A stretch of 64,000 bases of DNA from Candidatus Thorarchaeota archaeon. Its GTDB lineage: Archaea > Asgardarchaeota > Thorarchaeia > Thorarchaeales > Thorarchaeaceae. A program made the translations under genes and the position numbers. The DNA is taken from positions 1 to 64,000 of the forward strand of contig CAVSBO010000003.1 in NCBI GenBank assembly GCA_963726195.1. Reading direction: 5' to 3'. Under the pieces are notes generated by a model. That model worked only from the letters and a program-made list of their open reading frames with translations, did not search any database and had not been told where the DNA came from. Positions 55,745-64,000 of the stretch are shown piece by piece. The first letter of the stretch is position 1. Every line of letters starts with the position of its first letter.

Positions 55745-56647
55745 TTAGACGTTCTCGTGGGTTAGCCCAGTGACTTCTACGAGTTTCCAGCTGACAGCAT
55801 TGCCAAGCTTCCCGAGAACATCGTGCAGTTTCTCAGCAGTGACTCCAATCTTTTCGCCTATTTCGACGAGGGATTTCTCGCCATTGCAGAGCGGTCGTGC
55901 TCGATTCAGGACCTGATTGTCCCGCTTGGGGATGCCAACCATGTCGAGGTAGATGTCGAACCGAGTATCGCTTGTCTGGATAACGGGACACATCTTGAAG
56001 ATCTTGACCACGCCCCATATCACCAGATACTCGACAACCTCTGTTACTTGTTCAATCTCAAGGCCGGATGATTGACTAACATCGTGAATGGAGGTTTTTC
56101 CGTCAATTGCCTCTGTTATCTTGCTGCCAGTGCTGCCAAAATCGCGATGCAGCTCATCCAAAAGCCCCATCGACTTCACCGCCACATCGAACGCTTCTTG
56201 GTTTATCATTGGGACAACAAATGAGCTAAGACTCGATGCTACCGCAAGCACTCCTTCATAGAACGCGAAGGACCTCTTGACCTCATCAGCGAAGCCCTTG
56301 AAGGAATCCTCGAAGAGAACGTCGGCCTTAATCTCCTCTCGGTATCTGGTGAGGAACTTGTGGCTGAGGTCTCTGAGCACAGCCCTCAGGACGCGCTTCT
56401 GTGCACCTGACCCGACCAGAAATATGAACAGGACCTCTTCCTCGGTCTCATAGAGGATTTCCGAGCCTTCAAACGACAAACTCTGTATTGAACGCTCTCC
56501 AAACTCAGCCGCGAAGCTGGAGATAGCACTAAGGAATCCAGACAGCAGAGTGTCGAGCTTCCTGGTCTCATCGGGTGAATAATGAAAGAGAGGAATTCCT
56601 CCTGCCGTGAGAACCATGAACTCGTGCACTTTGAGCGGTCCGGTCAT
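55745..56647 (-). CDS. Longin-wHTH-wHTH protein (NPRL2/GATOR1-like), paralog of the downstream gene
   Basis: VLTAGGIPLF..SGFLSAISSF longin; IDGKTSIHDVS..LVIWGVV; CNGEKSLVEIG..VSWK. Confidence 0.78.
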   Translation of the reverse strand: MTGPLKVHEFMVLTAGGIPLFHYSPDETRKLDTLLSGFLSAISSFAAEFGERSIQSLSFEGSEILYETEEEVLFIFLVGSGAQKRVLRAVLRDLSHKFLTRYREEIKADVLFEDSFKGFADEVKRSFAFYEGVLAVASSLSSFVVPMINQEAFDVAVKSMGLLDELHRDFGSTGSKITEAIDGKTSIHDVSQSSGLEIEQVTEVVEYLVIWGVVKIFKMCPVIQTSDTRFDIYLDMVGIPKRDNQVLNRARPLCNGEKSLVEIGEKIGVTAEKLHDVLGKLGNAVSWKLVEVTGLTHENV

Positions 56648-56799
56648 TACCTATACTGCCCTCTTTGGGCTCGTTTTCGTTATGATTTAAGCGTTGTAGT
56701 GTTTGCGCATTCATCGAGTCGTAGAAGAGTACCTGCCAATCCGACAGATGTGTCTGTTCGCGAAACGTACATATTGCACTCGTTGTGCAGACTGAGTGA

Positions 56800-58410
56800 T
56801 TGGGTATGCTTGAGTACAGGGAGTTCCCCCTAAAGAAAGCCACATATTTCGTGTTCGTTTCCCCGGCAATGGCTTACTACATTTACACGATCATCCGACT
56901 GAGTAACCAGGTTCTTTTTCCGACGTTTGGTCGGCAGAATCTGCAGTTCCTAGGAATAGGTCTTGTTGCAGCCGTCGTGACGTTGCTCATTGCTGGATTC
57001 GTTCTTGATCGCATTGAGAGAGGATATGTCATGACAACGGTCGGCGCGATTGTCCCTCTCTTCATAGGTATTGTCGTCGCGCAGATTGGATCTCCGAGCG
57101 CGTTTTCTCCCGGTCTTGAAATGCTATTCACAGTGTCCGTCTTTTCTGGTCTCGCACTCGCATTGCTTAGCTGGATAGTCCAACTCAGCAAGGCGATCGT
57201 GGCCAAGTATCGAGGGAGGGTCGTCGCGGCTTTTATGGCATTATCCTTGATTTTGTTCGCTATCTACTCAGCCCTTCAGTCAAATGGCATAGAACTGTAT
57301 ACCTCCGGAGTTCCAATAATGGAAATCATAGCGATTGTCGCCATATTAGCGCGTCTTGCGTTCAAACCCTGGAAAATGGAATACAAGCGGCTTGCAGTTC
57401 AGGAAAAAGCATTCTCGTATTTCGTTCCGGTCATGATTCTCATGGCTGGTCATATGCTATGGTACTTCGGCACGCAGTTAGGTATAATCAAAGTGCTTCA
57501 AGATGCCGGGTACACGACTTACCAGTCTTTGGGTCAGTATTCAGGTCTCGCACTCTATGAGCCAGTCTTGATGGTTGTAGGTATTATCGTGTCAGGTGCT
57601 ATTGCTGACAGCAGAGGAAGAAAGAGCGCTTTCACGATGGGGGTGCTTCTGTTCGGTCTGCTAACGATACTCAGTCCGATTGCTGTAGAAGCGGTCCAAC
57701 TTTACGCGGCTTCTCTCTTGGTTTCCGAACGGTTCATTGAGGGATTCTTGCTCGGACTTCTTCTATTGCTCATTTGGCCCGAAATCGGCTCGCCGAGGAC
57801 CAAGAGCCGAAGGACTGCTGCCGTTTGGGTTTTCTTTGCAGGGTACGTAGCCCTCTTCTGGGCCGTGTCATTTCAGGTATCATTTGTTGTCAATTGGCAT
57901 GCTCCTGTCGAACTGCGAGTGTTGGGCACGCAGATAGCGATTCTTCTAGCAATGGTTGCTCTCTACAGGTCGGCGCCCATTCCTGAGGTTCTTGGAAACG
58001 AAGTGGAGATGGAAGAGCTGAGCCTCGATTTCGACGAACGTCTTGTGAAACAGACAGTCGAGCAGTATGTCGAGTCGGGCGAATTCGAGTCGATTCGAAG
58101 CCAGATCGATATCGCCGGCATGCAAGAGCTCAGCGATAAGGACATGCACGAGATAATTGGTCCGGACTTCGAAAAAGTTCTCCCGTTGCGCAAGATTCCG
58201 GGCATTGGCGCGAGGATGGAAGAAAGACTTCGAGAAGCCGGTTATGAGTCAGCGGCTCAGCTCGCTGGGGAGACTCCTCAAAGATTGTCATCAAAGGTGA
58301 AGGGGCTCAGTGAGGCGCAGGCCGACAAGATTCTCGGAAGTGTTCGTGAAGCGGTTAGGGATGCCATGAAGTCAAAGCCTGACAAAGACGACGAGAAGAA
58401 AAGACCCTGA
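56800..58410 (+). CDS. MFS-fold membrane protein fused to C-terminal HhH domain
   Basis: About 12 TMs, GFVLDRIER and GAIADSRGRK motif A; LRKIPGIGARMEERLREAGY...GLSEAQADKI. Confidence 0.78.
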   Translation: MGMLEYREFPLKKATYFVFVSPAMAYYIYTIIRLSNQVLFPTFGRQNLQFLGIGLVAAVVTLLIAGFVLDRIERGYVMTTVGAIVPLFIGIVVAQIGSPSAFSPGLEMLFTVSVFSGLALALLSWIVQLSKAIVAKYRGRVVAAFMALSLILFAIYSALQSNGIELYTSGVPIMEIIAIVAILARLAFKPWKMEYKRLAVQEKAFSYFVPVMILMAGHMLWYFGTQLGIIKVLQDAGYTTYQSLGQYSGLALYEPVLMVVGIIVSGAIADSRGRKSAFTMGVLLFGLLTILSPIAVEAVQLYAASLLVSERFIEGFLLGLLLLLIWPEIGSPRTKSRRTAAVWVFFAGYVALFWAVSFQVSFVVNWHAPVELRVLGTQIAILLAMVALYRSAPIPEVLGNEVEMEELSLDFDERLVKQTVEQYVESGEFESIRSQIDIAGMQELSDKDMHEIIGPDFEKVLPLRKIPGIGARMEERLREAGYESAAQLAGETPQRLSSKVKGLSEAQADKILGSVREAVRDAMKSKPDKDDEKKRP

Positions 58411-58421
58411 GTGACTATCGG

Positions 58422-59354
58422 TCAGCTTCTCGCTCCCTCGGTCCCAGCAGAATAGTATGCCAATCCGGTTCCTCCGAGAAGGTCCGTGTTGTTCATCTGC
58501 TTGCCGCAATTAGCACAGGACAGCACTATCTTTGGTTCCTTTGTTGCCTCTCCGCAGCCTTTGCAGAGCAGTTCTACATCAATGATACTTAGTTCCGAAA
58601 CCTTTGCTGGTTGCTTGCATCGCTGGCAATGAACCTCTGTCAGGTCGTCGACAATCACGGTTTGAGTCTTATTGCCGCACTTTGGGCAATACACCAGATA
58701 GACCTTGTAGATATCACTACTTCCGCACGAAGGACAAGTGAGGTGCAGAGTTACCTCCGTGCCGCCACACTGTTTGCATTCGACCTTTCGTCCATAGGTC
58801 TTGGGAACCAAGCGCCCTGCGCGTTCGAGATCCTTAAGGAGTCTCCAGACCTCCTCCTCATCGGCTCCCAAGTACTCAGAAGCCTGAGGGTACCTCGCTG
58901 TCGCCTTAAGGATGTGCTTGGGAATGAGTGCGGGCACCCTACCCGATTCCATGTCTTCAACAAGCCTCGTCACATGCGGGTTAGAGAGCAGTTCGTCACC
59001 CGAAGTCTCTGCGATTAGTTCCTGCAATAGCAGGAAAGCCCGGGTTATCTCTGTGTCCCAAGTGCTGCTGTTGAAGTTAATCCGGCCTACGAGTCTTAGT
59101 AGGTTTCTCTCAACGACTGAGGGTTCATCGCTGTCATCAAGCAACACTGCAATGCAGTTGGGCGTATCAAGGTATGATACCATCAGTCCCTTCGCCAGCT
59201 TTGTGTAACCCACTTTTGCCTCTTGGTTTATACCATGGCCCATGAAAATGACTATGGCATCTTCGGTCGTGAGAGGATTGTTCTCAGGGTATGATCTGCC
59301 TAAGAGGGGACCAAGAGTTTGGTCCCACCAAATGGCATAGATGGCCTTAGGCAT
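58422..59354 (-). CDS. uDENN/longin-like domain fused to TackOD1-like wHTH + multi-zinc-ribbon domain
   Basis: IYAIWWDQTLGPLLGRSYPE start; RYP..LLKDLERAG.L; six CxxC pairs. Confidence 0.72.
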   Translation of the reverse strand: MPKAIYAIWWDQTLGPLLGRSYPENNPLTTEDAIVIFMGHGINQEAKVGYTKLAKGLMVSYLDTPNCIAVLLDDSDEPSVVERNLLRLVGRINFNSSTWDTEITRAFLLLQELIAETSGDELLSNPHVTRLVEDMESGRVPALIPKHILKATARYPQASEYLGADEEEVWRLLKDLERAGRLVPKTYGRKVECKQCGGTEVTLHLTCPSCGSSDIYKVYLVYCPKCGNKTQTVIVDDLTEVHCQRCKQPAKVSELSIIDVELLCKGCGEATKEPKIVLSCANCGKQMNNTDLLGGTGLAYYSAGTEGARS

Positions 59355-59471
59355 CGGTCCGTCTCCTCAACAAGCATTAGTCTGAAAGGTCCCGGTTTTG
59401 CTCAGAGCGCGAGGTCTTAATAGCGTTCACCTTACGGACATTTCTTCGAGACCGAGGGCAACGCCACCGAA

Positions 59472-59482
59472 GAGTATAAAAC
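59472..59482 (+). promoter_or_regulatory. TATA box of the Ig-like surface protein gene
   Basis: GAAGAG-TATAAAA (BRE-like purines plus TATA) about 60 bp upstream of ATG 59542. Confidence 0.5.
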
Positions 59483-59541
59483 GGGCCCCCAGTTCAAACG
59501 GCCGCTCACCGCAAACAAGACCAATGGCAGATGGTGCATGA

Positions 59542-61284
59542 ATGCTTTCGCAGCGTCAGGGTAGATTCATCGTTGCTACAATAGTGCTCTGGCTGGTCCT
59601 ATCGCCTTACGTTGCGTGGTCCTCTGGCCTTGTGACGAACAACCCTCGTCCAGAGCACCGGTTCATGACTGCGGCTCCTACCATAGACAGTCCTCCTGAC
59701 CAGACCTATGAGAATGGCACAATCAACAAGAAAATCGTGTGGACCCCCTTAGATCCCTCACCGAAGAACGAAACCGTAACTAGGAATGGTACGGTGTATC
59801 AGTCTGGACCTTGGTCAAATGGGTCCATTGTGGTTCTACTAGACCATCTCTACTCTCAGAAGCTTGTCACAACCCTCCCGATCACATTCTCGTTCGTATG
59901 CAAGGTTTTCAACGTGAAGAACGAGTCTGTGTCCGACGAGGCCCTCGTAACGTTGATTCCGGATACAACACCGCCTATCATATCGGCTCCAGCCAACTTC
60001 AGCTACGAAGTCGGCAGCTTCGGACACAAGATTACTTGGAACATTACTGAGGCGAACCCCAGTTTCTACAACGTAACTAGATTGTCAAACGAGACCACCA
60101 GCAACCATACTGTGTTGCAGTCAGGACACTGGGATGGCAGAAACATCACAATCGGCGTCGATGGACTCAATGCAACCCATTGGTACATCTACAGTCTTTT
60201 CGTAAATGACACCCTCAAACACAATGCTACTAGCGCCGTGAACGTGACTGTATACTTAGACGTGACTTCGCCGACTGTCACCCATCCGGGTAATCTGGCT
60301 TATGAGTTTGGCTCAAAAGGGCACAAGATCACCTGGCATGTCTATGACAGCAATCCCAAGAACTACACGGTCAAGATAATCACAATCTATACCAACTCAA
60401 CCTACGGCAATGTATCCGCTTTTCACTGGCTTGCTAACATCAGCATGGTGCCGTGGACCTTCACCGACCCCAAGGGCAATAATGTATCGATAGACGTGGA
60501 CTCGGTCTTCTTGGGGAACTACAGCTTCAGGATACTGCTCTTCGATAAGTATGGACATAATAACAGTGACTCGCTCAATCTCACGATCTACAAGGACCTT
60601 CGGGCTCCCGTTGTGACTGCAAATACGCATCTCACATACGAGGAAGGCTACAAAGGCAACTATCTCAACTGGAGCGCAGATGAGAGCAACCCACGCTTGT
60701 ACAACCTTACCCGCGACGGGGTCGTGCTGATGAACGGCACATGGAGGGGTGAGAACCTGAGCGTCAACGTAGATCGCCTCTCAGTAGGTATTCATATTTA
60801 CAACATGACTCTCACTGATTTCTTCTACCAGAGAACAGTAACACTCACGACCGTGAATGTGACCCCTGACGCGCATGTTCCGACCATCAGCGATATCGTG
60901 GTTATCCAGTCGTTCACTACGTCCTATGCGGACAACCTGACAGTGCAGGCCTATTGTTGGGATATCAATAACATCAGCAGTATAAGAGTCGAATGGGGGA
61001 TAGACACCAACCACACCTCGAATGTCACAATGCACTCTCAGGGAAGAAGTCTGTACTCAGCTTCACTAGGCGAGTATTCTGTAGGGTCTGTTGTGCTGTA
61101 CCGGATCATAGCAGTCGACAATTCGTCTGTGAAGAACGTTCACACTACTCAGTACATGAGTGTCACTGTCACGTCCATGATACGGGAGCAAAGCCCTGCT
61201 CTGCTTTGGGGCTCACTCCTGGCCTTGGGCATGCTATCATCTTTCATCATCGCGATCCTGTACTTCAGGACAAAGCCAAGATAG
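59542..61284 (+). CDS. Secreted TM-anchored Ig-like repeat glycoprotein, paralogous to 30628-32526
   Basis: Signal peptide, repeated D..P.I..P....YE.G..G..I.W...(D/E).NP..Y units, C-terminal TM. Confidence 0.8.
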   Translation: MLSQRQGRFIVATIVLWLVLSPYVAWSSGLVTNNPRPEHRFMTAAPTIDSPPDQTYENGTINKKIVWTPLDPSPKNETVTRNGTVYQSGPWSNGSIVVLLDHLYSQKLVTTLPITFSFVCKVFNVKNESVSDEALVTLIPDTTPPIISAPANFSYEVGSFGHKITWNITEANPSFYNVTRLSNETTSNHTVLQSGHWDGRNITIGVDGLNATHWYIYSLFVNDTLKHNATSAVNVTVYLDVTSPTVTHPGNLAYEFGSKGHKITWHVYDSNPKNYTVKIITIYTNSTYGNVSAFHWLANISMVPWTFTDPKGNNVSIDVDSVFLGNYSFRILLFDKYGHNNSDSLNLTIYKDLRAPVVTANTHLTYEEGYKGNYLNWSADESNPRLYNLTRDGVVLMNGTWRGENLSVNVDRLSVGIHIYNMTLTDFFYQRTVTLTTVNVTPDAHVPTISDIVVIQSFTTSYADNLTVQAYCWDINNISSIRVEWGIDTNHTSNVTMHSQGRSLYSASLGEYSVGSVVLYRIIAVDNSSVKNVHTTQYMSVTVTSMIREQSPALLWGSLLALGMLSSFIIAILYFRTKPR

Positions 61285-61286
61285 AA

Positions 61287-61804
61287 TCACTGCTGTCCTA
61301 GCATTGAGAGAATGTCCCGGTGCATTAGCTCCCTGTTTGAGACCGTGAGCTCCAGTAACCTAACATCGGGACGCTCTTTCACTTCTTGGACAAAGCTACC
61401 TCCCTTTTGCTGAAGTGTGCCAAGGACTCTTCGCATCTCAAGGCATCTCCTGACCTCAGGAGCGAAGTTCGGCGAGGTCAGTTCCATGCTAGCAATCTCA
61501 TCTATGACTATTGACTTGCCGCTCTCTCTCGCGTGTCTGAGAACCGGCACTATGATGCGTTCAATGTCAGGCACGTTGACAACGTACCGGCCTATCCGTG
61601 GCCCTGACTTGGAGTTGAGTCAGCAAGCACGCCTTGTTGACCGTCTGTTGTACTGATACTGAATCCTGTCCTTTCAGTTCCACGCCGAATCTCGCTGGTC
61701 CAGAATCCTTCGGCGCGCGACTCTCCAAGTACATCGATTACCTTTCTGATTACAGTACTCTTTCCAATGCCCGGTCGTCCCGTCAAGAGTATGTTCTGCT
61801 GCAT
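61287..61804 (-). CDS. NTPase_1 (THEP1/HCR-NTPase) family (one frameshift)
   Basis: LTGRPGIGKST, GFWTSEIR, IVIDEIASME. Confidence 0.88.
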
Positions 61805-61933
61805 CGCCTACACGTCTGGAGGGGAGCCTTATGAATGAAGCTCACATCTCGGTTGAGAACAACAGGCTCTGCTCACGAACTATCAATCGCCCTTGGAGTG
61901 AAGCACTCTGTATGGGACCTTGGCCCAGAGTGG

Positions 61934-63014
61934 TCACTCTTCAGCTGCTTGGCCGGGCCTGAGTGAGTAATAGCGCATCGCCTTGGAGCGCGCGGATTTC
62001 TCGATTGCCTCAAGGGACTTAGCTTCTATCCGTTCGCCTTCGATTACACCTTTGGTCATGGCATCTTGAAGGACTTTCTCGCCTCGCTCCGTCCTGGCAA
62101 GCACGGTTGTCCAGCCAGCTTCGGAGCCCACATTGCCGCAGGATATGTCTGCGTTCTTGCATGTGAAGTCACGGCAATACGAGCAAGACTTGGCGGCGAC
62201 ACTACCGAGTTCTTTCACAGGCCACTCCTGTTTTCCAGTGGATGTCGTAGCATTGAACACGCCGGACGAAATCGTCATTCGCCGGATACTCTTCATGTCC
62301 AGACCCGCGGTCTGGAGGAAGCTCAGCTAATCCTTGGTACCCAAACGACTCAGTACAGAACAACCCTATCTTGAACACAGTTGCGCCTGCAAAGAATCCC
62401 GCGGGCTGGGTTTCCATCTTTTGTATCGAATCGATATGGCAAGATGTTCCCACGACGGCCAGATTGTGAACGCCGCTTCTGAGGGCTTTCATCATCTCGG
62501 GTACGATGGGTGAATGAGTGTAGATGGTGCCTGCGGAGGCTAACACTTCCTGCCGCTTTCTCGCAAAGAATGGAGTGGGCATCCATGGCTTGCTGGGATC
62601 TTGCCTTGTGACAATCGCGCCCTCTATCATTCGCTTGTCAAGCATGTGTGCCAGAACAGCCGTCGCTGCTCCTCCGTCTTGTCGTGCTTGATTCTCCAAT
62701 TTCGACTTGATTCTCCAAGCGCTCTTGAAATCGCCAATCAAGTCTCGCTGAAGAACGACCGTACGAGGGCATATCGTGTAACACACGCCGCAACTTGTGC
62801 ATTCGCCTGTGAGTGTGGGAACATACTTCCCAGAAGAGCAGTCGCCGGTCAATGCACTGACGGGGCAGAAGGAAACACAGCTGCCGCACTCAGTGCACAC
62901 CTCAGTCTTAACAATCTCCTTCTCGAGTTTCTTGAATGCATATCTCTTGGTGTTCTGTTTCAACCATGCCTGAACCTTGAGAAGGTTCTCGTCCATGAAG
63001 TCAGTCAAGTTCAT
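61934..63014 (-). CDS. Coenzyme F420 hydrogenase/dehydrogenase beta subunit (FrhB/FdhB) with ferredoxin domain (one frameshift)
   Basis: CTECGSCVSFCP, CTSCGVCYTICP, QDGGAAT, VGTSC, IGLFC, CSYCRDF..ADISCG. Confidence 0.88.
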
Positions 63015-63214
63015 GCACCGTCTTTCGTTTGAATGTGATTGGCAATTGCGAAGCTGACAGGCATATAGCACTGACGCTAACGGACACAAAGGTATAAAGA
63101 GCAAAGCGAAGGACAGCGCGATTCGTTCCAGCGCCAAGTCCTGGGTGAATCTGGGAGGAGGCCGGATTCAATTCTGGGCCGTCCGTGTGCGTTTGGATGC
63201 ATAAGGTGTCGAGG

Positions 63215-63935
63215 ATGAAGCTTATCAAAAGAGAAGATTGAATCTCTGATACAAGAGAGTGCCGGGCACACGTGCGACCCCATTCAATGCTGCGTCCAAC
63301 TCGTTGCAGTCGCTGACTTGCCGAGTCAGTTTGGTCAGTTCCAGATATGCGGCTTTGTGAGTCCCTGTGATGACAAGGAACATACGGCCCTTATCAAAGG
63401 TGATGTAGTTGACAAGGAGGGAGTAGTCGTCCGTTTGCATTCGGAATGCTTGACAGGAGACGTAATGGGCAGCAAGCGTTGTGACTGCAGAGACCAGTTG
63501 CTCGAGTCACTCAAGTATATCGAAAAGACCGGCGAGGGCGTGCTAGTCTACCTGCGCCAAGAGGGTCGGAACATCGGTCTCACGGAGAAAATCAAAGCGT
63601 ATTCGTTGCAGGACGAGGGCGTTGATACCTTCGACGCAAACGTGATTCTGGGTCATCAACCTGACGAACGCGACTATGGTGTCGCCGCACACATGCTGAA
63701 ATCACTTAGAGTCAAGTCAATACGACTTCTCACTAATAACCCTGAGAAGATCGCCCAACTCAAAGCGCATGGCGTGAAAGTCCTTGAAAGAATCCCGTTG
63801 ATAACAAAGCAAACAACCTACAACGAGTTCTATATCCAGACCAAGCAGAAGCGTGCAGGTCATCTGTTCGGGGCGGATGCACAGGTGACTTCCATCAAAG
63901 AGATAGAACGCATGTCGGGCAAGAGGAAGGACTGA
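63215..63935 (+). CDS. ribA: GTP cyclohydrolase II (start uncertain, probable 5' indel)
   Basis: VRLHSECLTGD..GSKRCDC, RQEGR, LLTNNPEK. The frame stays open upstream of 63318 (EKIESLIQE...), but ATG 63215 is out of frame. Confidence 0.9.
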
Positions 63936-64000
63936 GGACTCGGTTCGTCTTCGCAAATCCCTCAGTGCAAGGGTGTGTTCTAAGCCATTGGCGAATCCAC

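Overview
Gene-dense archaeal chromosome segment, most likely from an Asgard archaeon (Thorarchaeia-like). This is inferred from an archaeal TBP and AsnRS together with eukaryote-signature proteins (a Rab-like GTPase, longin/roadblock proteins, a uDENN-like longin) and TM-anchored Ig-like glycoproteins. About 55 CDS are present. No tRNA, rRNA, CRISPR array or mobile element was recognised. Roughly 20 single-base frameshifts split otherwise intact genes (asnS, ligA, arcC, fadD, minD and others), which points to uncorrected long-read indels rather than pseudogenes. The most notable region is 53.6-59.4 kb. It holds two paralogous NPRL2/GATOR1-like proteins (longin-[roadblock]-wHTH-wHTH) co-oriented with an atypical MinD/ParA ATPase (RGGTGKS). 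These are followed by a divergent MFS-fold membrane protein fused to an HhH domain and a uDENN/longin protein fused to a TackOD1-like wHTH/zinc-ribbon output domain. Other points of interest are a degenerate Rab-like GTPase with a long N-terminal extension, a >807-aa helical protein missed by the ORF track, a Cys-rich HTH regulator with a candidate operator heading iscSU, a bacterial-type NAD+ DNA ligase, and two unannotated microproteins.
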